A stretch of 64,000 bases of DNA from the human T2T-CHM13v2.0 reference genome, Homo sapiens: NCBI RefSeq assembly GCF_009914755.1, contig NC_060927.1. One strand, 5' to 3'. The notes beneath the pieces are model-generated. The model was not told where the DNA came from. It was given only the letters and a program-made list of their open reading frames with translations, and searched no databases. Positions 29,290 through 43,029 of this stretch are shown here, piece after piece; the first letter of the stretch is position 1; each line of letters opens with the position of its first letter. The translations under genes were made by a program, and so were the position numbers.

Positions 29290-29955
29290 GTTAAACCTCA
29301 AGTCAGATCCTGTCATTCTCTGCCCAGAACCTGCCCATGGCTCCTAATTTCTCCCAGTAAAATTCAAGGTTCTTAAGATGTCAGCTCTGACCTTATCTCT
29401 TGTTGCCTGCCTCCTACCTCCCTCTGCTACAGCCAGGCTGGTCTCCTCACTGTTTTTGGAATACCCCAGGCCCTTCCACCACTGGGCATTTTTATATTGC
29501 ACTTGCCTTGATCATCCTTTGCCCAGACAGACCCAGTGCTCACTCCCCCACCAACCAGTATGTGCCTGCCTCCAGGAGTCTTAAGAACATTAAGTGTGAC
29601 GTTGACTGTGGGAAAGTATTAGCATGGTGCCTGGCACGTAGTAAGTGCTCAGGAAATGTTAGCAGATGTTGTTCTTGTTATTTTCTTTACAGTTCATTCT
29701 TTAAACATCATTCCCATCACACTGATAGTGTGGCCCTTTTTTGACCACAGTATTTGCGATTGCTGTTCCTCCAAATTCTCTGTCTTCTTTGTCCAGCTAT
29801 ATATTTTTTTCCCATAGGGCTTATATTATAATCTACTGTATAATTTTCCAATATGTTATGTTTATTACGTGTTTCTCCATGCTAGACTGCAAACTCCAAG
29901 GGAACAGGGTTTTCTGTTTGTTCCTTGCTCACTATTGTGTCCCCAGAGCCTAGAA

Positions 29956-30169
29956 CAAAGTTTCTCAACCTCAGTGCTATTGATATTTTGGGCCAGATAA
30001 TTCCTTGTTGTGGAGGGTCCTATGCATTGCAGGATGTCCAGCAGCATCCCTGGCCTCTATCTATTAGAGGCCAGTACTCCTGCCTCTATCAATTATGGCA
30101 ACCAAAAACATCTCTGAACATTGTCAGACATCCCGTGGTAGGCAAAGTACCCTCATTTCAGAACCACTG
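29956..30169 (-). mobile_element. MER20 (opposite orientation)
   Basis: TTTCTCAACCTCAGTGCTATTGATATTTTGGGCCAGATAATTC...AGAACCACTG. Confidence 0.85.
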
Positions 30170-33100
30170 GCTTAGAACAATGCGTGACACAATAAATATT
30201 TGTTTGAGTATGTGTTGCTTTCTTCCTTAATACCATAACCCACTCAAGGTATGGTATTTGGTTTTTTGTTTTTGCAATGAATATTGTGTTTCCTTTAAAA
30301 TAGATACCTACTAGGCTTTCTCCAAAGAGGAATTCATATATTGTTCATTGGGGCTAACCTCAGATATTCAAGTCTTTCATGAGGAAGGACATGTTTCATT
30401 TCTAACCCAGACATCCTTGCCTTTAGGAATCTGAAGTTGCTGGATTTAGATTATGTGAATCTCATTTTGGTCATATTGGTGGTTAAGGCTGTGTATAGGA
30501 AGACACATGCTGTGGGAAAAGGTTCCAATGAATTGTTTGCACACCGTTTCCTCCGACAAGGTTTTAGAAACCTTGTGTTCTCCTGGGAATGAGTTCTGAA
30601 TGGTGGGTGGCAGAGGAAAAGCGCTGAATATCTAGAGTGAGCCCAGAATTCACATAGGCATAGTCATGGCAGGGAAACAAATGTGAAACTGTTGAATGAG
30701 CTCCTAGGAGCAGAGGAAGTCTCTACAGGTCTTTTGTACCCAAAAACATTTTAAACCGTAGGAGCATCTTTCAGGCTCATAGTCCTTTTGTTTGGTTTAC
30801 TCAGTCCACATGGCTTTGTAGTTGTTAATGTCCTTTTCCTGGACAGACTTCACAGTTGGCTTAGTTTAATTCCAATTTCTTCTTAAATCTTTAGTACTAT
30901 TTAGACAGCTGTTATTACATTTTCTGCAAATTAGAAATGGGAATGAAAGTGAGTATTAGCTTTATCATGGCAGGACAGGATACAGCAGTGATCCCCAAAT
31001 GCTGATTCACAAAGGTGTGTGAACTTTTAAAGGTTTGGGTGAAATGAGAAAGACAAAGACTGTTGCGTCACACGCATACCTACATATATTTGGGTGTAAG
31101 GCCGCTGCCATTTCTTGGAGTTATGCTGAGATGTTTTTCTCCTGTCTTCATATTAAAAAATGCCCTTTCTTTGATGACATAATAATCCATTCTTGGCAAA
31201 ACAAAACTGTCAATCATTTTTTGATTTCTGAAAGTTTTCTTGATTTTTTTTTTGGTCTGTCTAATCTGCAGGGAACCACTAGCATAGAGATGAAGAGCCT
31301 TGTTCTGCCATCGATGTCTGTCCCTAACTAACTGGGTGACCTTGGGCAGGCTGGGTGACGTCTAATTTCAGTTTCCTCATCTGGCAAATAGGGGCCTGCC
31401 TCCAGTAGTCTCAAGAATATAAGTGTTACATTGACTGTGGGAAAAGTATTAGCATGGCACCTGACACACAGTAAGTGCTCAGTGCTGACACATAGTAAAT
31501 GCTCAGTAAATGTTAGCAGATGTTCTTGTTGCTATTTTCTTTATTACCTAGCAGCGAACCTGGCATTTTGGAAGGTGTTTTGCATTTGCTTGACTGTGGT
31601 TGTCTTCTCTAAGGCAAGTGTTGTTACGCAACACAGTTCTTTGAATGTTAGTAAATTCCTTTTTGCTTTTCTTCTAATGAAGTGTTCAGATAAATATTTT
31701 ACACTTTGTATCTTTCATTTAATCATAACAATTCTTTTATGCTAGTTAAAAAAACTAACAATTTTGACATTAGTGTATCCATAAAAATTCGTGTTCAACA
31801 CATATTTATTGAGTCCTAGTATGTGCACATTAATACTAATAATGATGGGTCACATTTATTGAGTATGTACTATGTGTGAGCCCCATTCTAAGTGTTTTTA
31901 CGTGTGTAAAACCTATTTAATCTTTGTGAAATCTGCATGAGGTGATCATAATAAATAAAAACAATAATGATATTAATTATAATTTTAAAAACAGTTAAGA
32001 CTTATCTAGTGCTTCCTATGTGCTAGGCACTATTATGAATATTAACTCTATATTAATGCTGTTAATTCAACCTTGGGTGTATGTAATAGTTTATTATTCT
32101 CATTCTACAGAGAGGGAAACTCAGGTATGCCAAGTTGGTGGGGCCTGGAGTTAAACTGATGCTTCTGTAGCTACATGCTCTTGTCCTCTAGTCTGTACTA
32201 TGCCTGGTTGATTGTGCAAAATTCAAAGATACATCATACTGTGCCCTCCCTGTGTGGTGAGGGAAAGAGAACTCATGGGTCCAGCTAATTATACAAGGCA
32301 GAGTGTGGTCCCTGTGGCAGGGTGGGCATCAGCAGTTGGGGGCATTTAACAGAGGAAGGGGAACTGGGGAGGCAGTTTTGTGGACAAATAGGGGTGTTTG
32401 AGTTTGGCCTTAAAGGTGAAACAATAGTCAAATGTGTTTCTCTACACTAAGTAAAATGTTAGACATCTTGGAGGGCATGGTCCTAAAGTAGACATTTAGG
32501 GTTTCCGTTTGCCTTTTAAACTTCTAACCTTTCTTTAAGCTCTTTCTTGTGGTCTCCAGGCACCTGATGATACCTCATGGTGGCAGAGAGGCTGCATGCA
32601 TGTGGACAGGTTTAGAGGGAGCCCTGCTTAAGTGCTGTCTGTGGTCGCTGCTTTGCCACTTAACCAGTACATCTGTGTTCAAGAAACTTAACTTCTTGGA
32701 GTCTCAATTTCTCTAAGCTGTAAAATGAGATCAATAGAACCCACCCCCTTAGGGTTGGTAGAACTTTTAAAACTAAGCAAAAATGTATAAATGTGTTTAA
32801 CATAGCACCTAGCACTGTTAGTAAATGAAATTAATTCCTCCTTTTCTAGTAGAATTTTACTATGGTAGCAGTTTTTACCCTTCTCTTAAGAATAACTAAA
32901 ACATATATAGAATCATGCATCCAAAACAAAGTAGACAAGATTGAGGTGCCTCAACCTGCAGATGTTCAAATCGTACTATGCAGATTCGTTTTGTGGTATG
33001 ATTAGAGGGAACACTTGATTAAAGTGGGATTCTCAGTCTTGGTTTCGTTTGTTATTGGAGATTTCCTTTTCCCGATTACTACTATTTACAGATTTTACTT

Positions 33101-35139
33101 AAGTTGATATATGTTTAATTCCCTTTGAGTTCTGCAGTGCAGTTTGCACAGGCTGATGTTTATATCTGCTCCAGTTGTGCAAGAAGTGGAAAATATCCTT
33201 TTTTTAGAACAGATCACATGTGCTTACTGTCAGGAATAGGACCTCAGTGTAAAAAAATGTATCTTGGGACAAATCAAAGTTACTAAATTTCCCTCTCCAA
33301 CTGCTTTGTTTCAGGATTGGCAGTATTAGGATAAATAATAGGAAAAAAAAATCCTTGGCTACTTTCTTTTTGTCATCTTTCAAGGACAATAAGTGAGAGT
33401 TTCATTTTTTTTGTGTGTGTGTATGTTTGTGTGTGTGAGGTATAAAATGTACTTTGCTGAGGGTTTGTCTAATCGGAATAAATTATAAAAATATGTTTGA
33501 CTACACTCCAAGTATGCATTATTTGGAGAAAATAATCATGAAGACAGGTCAAAGATATTAAATGCAGCCACCACAAGCTTTTGATATTATAAAGGCAAAT
33601 TTGCAGTTTATAAGAAGGTTTTTGTGAGTCTAGTGAACATTGTGTACTCCGAGGATAGGAATTATACCAAGGGATAAGTCTGCATCTTTATAGAGACAAA
33701 CGAGGTCGAGAAGACCCACAGGGAGGTCTGGGATCTCTGTTGAAATTTCTGCACCTCCCGTTCTATTGCAAATGATCTTGGGAGGAGGACCAGGTTTGGC
33801 TTCTCAATGGTAAGCTTATTTCTCTAGCCCATTTCTACAATGTGGCTTTCTTATTTCTTCGCTTCGTCTTTCCCTCCTGTGGCTTTGGATGCATGCTGTG
33901 AAGAGTAGAGAAGTAGACCTTTGGAGTGTTCACCTGAGACCCCTGTCCTGGGATTCAGAGTGATGAAGCTTTTATCTTTAATGGCTGACCTTTCTGGGGA
34001 CTTCTCAAGGACTGGGTGCTGAGTGTCAGTCTCTGTGCTGGCCATAGGGAGTCCAGTGGAGAAGCAGATGGGTTCCTGCTAGCATGGTGCATACATCTTG
34101 GAGGTGGCGCACAGTTAACAATGAACCAAATACATGAGCAAGATGAGTTTTACTAACTGCTATGGAAATTAAATGGAGCATTATTGGTAGAATGGGCCTA
34201 TGAAAGAAGGGGGCTTTTTATTCGGTTGTATGATCAGGAATGACCTGTTGGAAGAAGTGATTTTCAGGCAAGACTGAATATCTGACATAAAGGCACAAAT
34301 CCAGACACTACCACTCACTGGCTCTGTGACTTTGGTCAAGTTATCCAACCTTTCTGAACTCTAATTCTCTCTTCTGTAAAACGGGACAGTTGCCATCTTG
34401 CAAGGCTTCTGTGAAGATAAAAGGTAATGTATGTAAAGCAGCTAATATTAGGCTTGAGGCTTAGTAGGTGTTCAGGGTTACCCATAGGACTGAAGTTAAC
34501 ATATGAATAGTGGAAAAAGAAGCACAGACATTAATCTTTGTTATAAGTGTTTATAACTCAGTCTTAAATGTTTTCCTAATGTTGAGTGAGTCAGAGATTC
34601 ATGCTTGTCTTTATAAACCTAACCCTGGACTAAAAGAGGAGATGGGTCTTGTTAGTTTTGTTATCCTTTCTTTCCTCTAGGATCATCCTACTTGATGTCA
34701 TCCCTTGTTCTCCTGACTGTTGTTGTCCTGAGATAATTAATGTCTGACCATAGTTTTTGGGGCTGGATTTTTAATTACTTTTTTGGTGTTAAGGAGAGGC
34801 CTAAGTAATTGAGGATTAAAAAGGAAAGCCTGAGATTGATTTCACAAAACATACACGCCTACCACGAACAAATAACCAGTGTAGAACTCCTGACTCCTAG
34901 TCCTGTGTTTCTGTCCTGAGATCATGCTTCCTGTCCACTCTGTTGTGAAAATGTCAGTGTTGGTGCAGAAACAAAAAAGAAGAAGCTCTCCTCCCACATA
35001 CCACCTCCAGTGTTCACCAACTTTGACATCCACAGGAAGTGGCATGCATTTAATTTGACATCTTTAAAAAAATCTTCAAAGCATTTGGATTTTAGTAGCT
35101 GTGTTCTTTGATTCAAGTACCCACAGAGTGATAATTTTC

Positions 35140-35439
35140 TTTCTTTCTTTTTCTTTTGAGGTGGAGACTCACTCTTTTGCCCAGGCTGGAGTGCAGTGGC
35201 ATGATCTTGGCTCACTGCAACCTCCGTGCCCAGGTTCAAGCAGTAGTCCTGCCTCAGCCTCCCAAGTAGCTGGAATTACAGATGTGTTCCACCATGCTTG
35301 ACTAATTTTTTGTATTTTTAGTAGAGGTGGGGTTTCGCCATGTTGGCTAGGCTGGTCTCGAACCCTTGACCTCATGTGATCCACCTGCCTTGGCCTCCCA
35401 AAGTGCAAGGATTACAGGCATGAGCCACCATGCCCGGCC
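35140..35439 (-). mobile_element. AluS
   Basis: Antisense Alu with TSD AGAGTGATAA(T/C)TTTC at 35125 and 35440. Confidence 0.93.
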
Positions 35440-37485
35440 AGAGTGATAACTTTCACAACGAAAAATACTGGGTTGTGTGACAGCAAATATTTTAAGTCTA
35501 AGTGCATGCCCTATAGAGGGCACTGGTAGAATCCTGTCATATAAGAAATTGTGCCTCATTGAGCAATTTCAGGAAGGCATCTGTGGTCTTCACCCTCCCC
35601 ACCCTTGCCTCTTCTCCAAAGTGGGGTAACTTGCTGAATCATTCACACACATTCATCAGTTTTCCCATGTGATTAAGGGCATCATTGGAAAAGTGGTTGT
35701 CCCCACTGTTGGGAGAAAGCATAGCTTGTATTTGTAGAATAGGTTTCCTTCTGGGAAGGTTGACTTGCCTCAGTGGAAAGAAGACTTGAGGCAGAGAGGT
35801 TTCACTTAGCCTGGTGGCTGTGGTTATATATGAAATTACGAAATGACAGACAGGAATGCTATATTTACTTTGGTACCTTTACCATAAAATATTCCTAAAT
35901 ACTAACTGATTCTAGGAAGCATGTTTTTCAAAAACATACATTTTATTTTTTACAGTTGGAGATTTGAAATTTGGTGAAAGGAAATGCTCATGGAAATCCT
36001 AAAGATGATTTCCTTGTTTAACTCAGGACCTAGCTCAATCCTGGTGAAGGCTACTAGAGAACCTCATTGAGATGTAGCCACACTGTACCTCTTGCCTGCA
36101 GTGTGTCCTAAATTCGTAGAGATGGTGCTCTAAAACTGAGTTCATGAACCAACACACAGATATGTCATTGGTCAAATTGTAACATTCCCTTCCATCAAAA
36201 GGACTAGGTATATATTTGTCATTGTTTTGTTTTGTTTTTAGCATTTGAATTTTTTCAGCGAAAGGTGGAAAGGTATTATTTCAGTGTTAGTTTTGCTCTG
36301 CTGTATTGGTGAGCCTGCATAGTTGCACCATCTAAATTTAGGATGCTGGCACCTCAGCCAATAAGAACTCTTTGTAACTAATTTATAATGCTTTTGGCAG
36401 AGAGTGCCTAGAATAAACATTAAAATAGTGTTGGCCAGTTAAGGTCATTTACTTTCAAGGGAAGAGGGTGACCCCAAATATGCATTCTTGAAAATTCTAT
36501 TTATTTAGTTTTAAAGGAAGAGTTTACAATAGCTTATGTGAAGCAATACCTAAAAATATAAGCAACTGGCATGATTCCTGGTCACATTCCGAATAAAGGT
36601 TTGTCCATTTGCTGCAAAGAAGCATGCTTGGAGGATAACTTGTAAGAGGTCGGCCACTGGCTTATGGTATATTAAACAACCAGTGTGTAGACTTTTTGGA
36701 ACTGCATCTTGTATCATCTCAGCGTGGTAATTTTTCCACTGGTCTTTGGGTAGGTACACACTAATAATATTTTTTATCTAGGCAAATGCGAGATGAGTAA
36801 ATGCTAAATGATAGGATTTTGGAAGGTAATTCTAACAATACTGATTATATTTGGAAGCTTTAAATTGTTGATTCAGCAGTGAATGAGAGAGTTTGATGGT
36901 GCTTGCTTGGTCATAATATCAAAATCACTAAAGTGCATGATGTAACGGCAGGGAGCTGAATGGCAAGGACAATTAATTGGGGTTTGTTTTTGGGAATCAA
37001 TGATACCACATGTCAATCTGCTGTCCTTAGGGAGTCTCTCCCTAGTGTTACCCCTCTTTCTCACTTTTGGGTTCATATACCTGATACCTTTCTAAAAAAG
37101 TCAATTTCATGGCTCCAGGAGTGGAGAATCTGATACAGGCCTGGCTACATGTCCTTATCACAGGGATTGGTTTCACGGGGGTGCACATTGTTCAAAGTGA
37201 ATCCCAGGATTTTCTTGGGTGCTACCACAACAGTAATATAGATCTGATAACAAACTTTCTAGAGGAAACTATAGAGCTTTCCTTTTTTTTTTTTTTTTTT
37301 CCTTTTTTAAAAACCAGTGAGTAATTATTATCAATGATTATCTCTGGCCTGACAATACAAGTGACACTCCTTTTTTTTTTTTTTTTTAACTAAATGTATT
37401 CTGATCTGGTGAATTTTTCATTCTAAAATAACAATACAAGAGTATTTAATATGGAGACATGAGATTTGTGGTAAAATCATTAGGG

Positions 37486-37670
37486 CAGTGGTTCTTAAAC
37501 TCGAGTGTGCATCAGCATTCCCTGTAGGGCTTGTTGAAACAGATTTCAGGGACACACTCCCACAGTTTCTGTTTGGTAGGTCTGGAGTAGGGTCTGAAAA
37601 TTTGCATTTCTGACATGTTTCTAAGTGATGCTGAAACTATTGGTTGAATCACACTTTGAAAAAATCATGG
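37486..37670. mobile_element. MER5A
   Basis: CAGTGGTTCTTAAACT...TGCATCAG...TTTGCATTTCT...CACACTTTGAAAAA. Confidence 0.75.
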
Positions 37671-38663
37671 CACTAAGGTGGTGGTGATGGTGTTGGGAGT
37701 GGGGGTGATTTGCTCAATGAACTTGTGATAGAAAGCATTGCATAGAGATGGGATATAAATAATATATAAGCTTGGGTGACAGAATACCCATATTTGCCGT
37801 GTTTAATCAGAAAATGAATTTATTGGTTAAATAACAGAAAAGTCTAAAGATGGGGCTAACCAGGCCTTCCATGGATAGGATTCTTGGTTGTATAATGTGA
37901 TCTCTGAGTGACTTAGAGTTAACCTAGCTTTACTACCATAAGGAGCCCTGGCCCAAATCTCAAAAAGGGGTTGTATTTTAATCTACACTCTAAAAGTGTG
38001 AAACTTGAAGCATACTGCAGTCACTTGACTGAAAGATTTGGTTGAGAAACAGGGTGATGGTGGTTTTGGGCATGTCCACATGACCAAACTGTTTTTCACA
38101 AAACTTCTGCTGAATAAAATTTGAAATACTACTGTCAGCCTGTTTTCCTGTCTTAATGAATTCCAGACAGTTTGTAGAGTGTGGGAGCTTCCAAAACAGA
38201 GAGGTGGAATGGATGTGACCAGCCAGCATCTGTTTTGTCACAAATGAGGATGTCCTGACATAATGGAATCGTTCCCCTTGTTCTGAATCTCACCAAGCTG
38301 TTCACTTCTCTGATCATGAAGTACAGACTGTGAGAGGGAAGGGCAAGGCCAATGTCATGTAACACAAGCCAAAAGAAAATTTCTGGATTCCTTATTTACC
38401 AGGAAATTCAGCCTACCCCTGTGTTTCATCCACTTAGACCCAAGCATTTTGATTTTTTTTTTTTTTTTTTTGGCATGTTGACATTCTTTAGAGAAAAAGC
38501 GCTGATCTGTTCTTGTTGTAAACTGGTTAAGACTTCTAACCAGTCTAATAAGTCTAAATTTCAGAGTAAGACAGATTTGAACTTAAATTCCAATTTGGCC
38601 ACTTACTGGCTATATATGTGTCTTTGGGCAAGTTATTCTTGTGGCCTCTGTTTCAACAGAGGC

Positions 38664-41599
38664 TGATATGGTTTGGATCTGTGTCTCTACCATATCTCAT
38701 GTCAAATTGTAATCCCCAGTGTTCCAGGTGGGGCCTGGTGGGAGGTGATTGGGTCATGGAGGCAGTTTCTCATGAATGGTTTAGCACTATCCCCTTGGTC
38801 CTGTTCTCATAATAGTGAGTGAGTCCTCATGAGATCTGGTCATTTAAAAGTGTGTAGCACCTCCCCTGTCATTCTCTCGCTGCTGCTCCCACCACGTGAG
38901 ATGCCTCACTCCCCTTTTGCCTTCTGCCATGATTGCAGGTTTCCTGAGGCCTCCCCTGAAGCTGAGCAGATGCCAGCATCATGCTTTCTGTGGAACCGTG
39001 AAGCACCGTGATTTAATCAGCCCATGGAACCATGAGTGAATTAAACCTCTTTTCTTTATAAGTTACCCAGCCTCCGGTATTTCTTTATAGCAATGTGGAC
39101 TAATACAGAAAATTGGTGCCAAGAAATGGGGCATTGCTATAAAGATACCTGAAAATGTGGAAGCAACTTTGGAATTGGGTAACAGGCAGAGGTTGGAAGA
39201 ATTTGGGGGACTCAGAAGAAGATAGGAAGATGATGGAAAGTTTGGAATTTCCTAGAGACTGATTAAATGGTTGTGAACAAAATGCTGGTAATGATATGGA
39301 CAGCGAAGTCCAGGCTGAGGAGGTCTGAGATGGAAATGAGGAACTCACTGGGAACTGGAATAAAGGTCACTTTTGTTATGTGTTAGCAAAGAGGTTGGCT
39401 GCATTGTGTCCCTGCCATAGGGATCTGTGGAACTTTTAACTTGAGAGTGATGATTTAGGGTAACTGGCAGAAGAAATTTCTAAGCAGCAAAGTATTCAAG
39501 ATGTAGCCTGGCTGCTCCTAACAACCTATGTTTATATGTGTGAGCAAAGAAATTACCTAAAGTTGAACTTATATTTAAAGGGGAAGCAGAGTATAAAAGT
39601 TTGGAAAATTTGCAGCCTGGCCATGTAGTAGAAAAGAAAAGCACAATCCCCTTGGTCCTGTTCTCATAATAGTGAGTGAGTCCTCATGAGATCTGGTCAT
39701 TTAAAAGTGTGTAGGACCTCCCTTGTCATTCTCTCTTGCTGCTGCTCCCACCACGTGAGATGCCTCACTCCCCTTTTGCCTTCTGCCATGACTGCAGGTT
39801 TCCTGAGGCCTCCCCTGAAGCCTCCCCATTTTCTGGGAAGTAATTCAAGCAGGCTACAGAAATTTGCTTAAGTAAAAAGGGGCCAAGTGCTAACATCCAA
39901 CACAACGGGGAGAAGGCCTCAAAAGCATTTCAGAGAACTTTGCAGCAGACCCTCCCATCATGGGCCCAGAAGCCTAGGGGGACTGAGTCGTTTCCTGGGC
40001 CAGGCACAGGGCTCTGCTGCCCTGCATAGCCTTGGGACACTGCTCTCCACATCCTAGTTGCTCCAGATCCAGCTATGGCTCATAGAGGCCCAGGTTACAC
40101 TCAGGCCACTGCTTCAGAGGGTGCAAGCTGTAAGCCTTGGTGGCTTCCATGTGGTGTTAAGCCTGTAAGTGCACAGAGTGCAAGAGCTGGGGCTTGGGAG
40201 CCTCCAACTAGATTTCAGAGGATGTATGGAAAAACTTGGATGTCCAGGCAGAAGCCTGCTGCAGGGGCAGAGCCCTCATAAAGAAACTCTACTAGGGCAG
40301 TGCAAAGGGGAAATGTGGGGTTGGAGCCCCTACACAGAGTCCCCACTGGGGCATTACCTAGTGGAGCTGTGAGAAGAGCACTGCCATCCTCCAGACCCCA
40401 GAATGGTAGATCTACTGGCAACTTGCACTCTCAGCCTGGAAAAGCCACAGGCAGTCAATGCCAGCCCTTGAGAGCAGCTGCAGGGGCTGAACCCTGCAAA
40501 GCCACAGGGGTGGAACTGCCCAAGGCCTTGGGATTGCACTTCTTGCACTAGTGAGCCCTGGATGTGAGACATAGAGTCAAAGGAGATTATTTTGGAGCTT
40601 TAAGACTTAATGACTGCCCTGCTGGGTTTTGGACTTGCATGGAGCCTATGGCCCCTTTCTTTTGGCCAATTTCTTCCTTTTTGAACAGGAAAATTTACCC
40701 AATTCCTATACCCCCATTGTATCTTGGAAGTAACTAACTTGTTTTTTAATTTATAGGCTCATAGGCAGAAGGGACTAGCCTTATCTCAGATGAGACTTTG
40801 GACTTTTGAGTTAATGCTGGAATAAGTTAAGAATTTGGGGACTGTTGGGAAGCCATGATTGTATTTTGCAATGTGAGAAGGAAGAAGGATATGTGATTTG
40901 GGGGACCAGGGGTAGAATGATATGGTTTGAATCTGTGTCCCCACCAAATCTCAGGTCAAATTGTAATCCCCAATGTTGCAGGTGAGGCCTGATGGGAGGT
41001 GATTTGGATCATGGAAGTGGTTTCTCATGAATGGTTTAGCAACACCCACTTAGTGCTGTTCTTGTGATAGTGAGTGATTCTTATGAGTGTGGCACCACCC
41101 CTGTTAGTCTCTCTCTCTCCTTTTTTTTTTTTTGAGACAGAGTCTCACTCTGTCACCCAGGCTGGAGTGCAGTGGCATGATCTAGGCTTACTGCAACCTC
41201 CACCTCCTGGGTTCAAGTGATTCTCCTGCCTCAGACTACCGAGTAGCTGGGATTACAGGTGCATACCAACACGCCATGTTGGCCAGGCTGGTCTTGAAAT
41301 CTGTCCCCCTTGGCCGGCCAAAGTATTGGGATTACAGGTGTGAGCCACTGTGCCTGGCCCCCTGTCACTCTCTCTTGCTCCTGCTTCCACCATGTGAGAT
41401 GGCTCACTCCCACTTTGCCTTCTGCCATGATTGTAACTTTCCTGAGGCCAACCCAGAAGCTGAAAAGATGTCAGCATCATGCTTCCTGTACAGCCTGCAG
41501 AACAGTGAACCAATTACATCTCTCTTTTTTTTTTTTTTGAAATAAATTACCCAGTCTCAGGTATTTTTTTTTGTAGCAGTGTGAGAATGGACTAATACA
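38664..41599 (+). mobile_element. Full-length MaLR (MSTA-type): 5' LTR 38664-39107, internal 39108-40917, 3' LTR 40918-41599
   Basis: Both LTRs run TGATATGGTTTG...GACTAATACA. The 5-bp TSD GAGGC is at 38659-38663 and 41600-41604. The internal sequence is of MST/THE1 type, and the element is inserted into a MIR. Confidence 0.92.
41121..41359 (-). mobile_element. Internally deleted Alu inserted in the MaLR 3' LTR
   Basis: Antisense Alu lacking the central A-rich linker. Confidence 0.85.
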
Positions 41600-42330
41600 G
41601 AGGCTAAAAGAGGACAGTGCATAATAATATGATCTAAGTGATAGGGTAATTGTACAGATTAAAAGAAATACATGGGTAGAGTGCTCAGCCCAAAGCCTGG
41701 CTTTTAGTTCCCTCGTTCTGATTACCTCTGTATTCACAGCATCAACAAGGTTTTTGACTTGAATTTCTAGTTTTAGACACCTTAATAAAGAAAAAACGAC
41801 TCAAAGGCAATCAGTGTGGGGGTTGGGGGGAGAGGATCCATAGAACAGTGGGGAGGAGGAGGCTAAGGGAGGGAGGAGGGTAAATAGTCTTTAAGTTAGG
41901 TAATCAGCATTAGGATTTTTGGGAGTTGATACAGGTCAAATAGTGGTGAAAGGTGGGATGCCTAACAGGAAGATATTTAAGGATGGCACATGCTATTTAC
42001 AAGCATGGTGTTACTTTTGTTGCCAGAACAATTTTTGTCTTTATCAACATGTTTCCTTTCATCATAATTATAGACTATAGCTAAGTGGAGAAATAAATAA
42101 TGAGATACACTAATTGGGGTTACACAATACCAAGGCTGTGTAGCACTGCTGTCTCAACACAGAAATCTCGAATTCCTAACTGTCATGTTTCGGCCTTGGC
42201 CATAGTGACTTCCTACCTTATCTTTTCCCACTTGACTTGGCAGCCTGTTTATATAGTTATCTTTATCCAATATAAGCCATAAGGCCCTATATTCTTGAGC
42301 CTCAAAATCTTTGTATCTTTTACCCTTCTG

Positions 42331-42332
<2 letters not shown>

Positions 42333-42368
<36 letters not shown>
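42333..42368 (+). repeat. Orphan poly-T (36 nt)
   Basis: Pure T run with no adjacent Alu or L1 body. Confidence 0.9.
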
Positions 42369-42369
<1 letters not shown>

Positions 42370-43029
42370 GTAATAGCAGTATATAGCCACTTTAGAGACT
42401 AGGATATAAGTTTTCAATGTTTTTTTCTTTCCCCGACACGAATATGATAGTTTGCTTTTCTTGATTGTCACACAATTTCTCTCCCGAAAACTGTGGCTTA
42501 ACTGGTCACTAGCAAGCATAAAGGGGAAAAAAAAAGCAGAAAGGGGGGTTAGTCCAAATAGTATCCATCTTTCTCAGGGGAGAGATTTCGATTATATTAC
42601 ACATGTATGTGGATACCTTCATCAGTTACAGTTTAGTCATTGACTAACTTGGACAACTGGGTGCCTACCTCATTGAATAGTTGTGAATATTCAATAAGGT
42701 GATGAGATGCTACCTGTAGTAAGGGTGCAGTAGATACCAGCTGCTGCTGCTCACCTTACTGCTGCTCCTCCTCCTGTACTATGATTATTGCTCTCTGCCT
42801 ACTGCTGTTTTGTGCTACTACTGGTGTCATTGCTACTAGAACTTAGAAGTTTGCATAAGAATGGAAGAAATGGTTAATCACAGAAACATTTCTCTGTGCA
42901 GGTGGTATTGACTCTCTCATTGCCTTATCACTGTTGAGTAAATAAGCAACAGTTTGGTTCTCTATCGCTGAAAAAACTCTAACCACATAGTCAATTCTCA
43001 AATCCTTGGGGTATATGTGGCAAGTTTTT

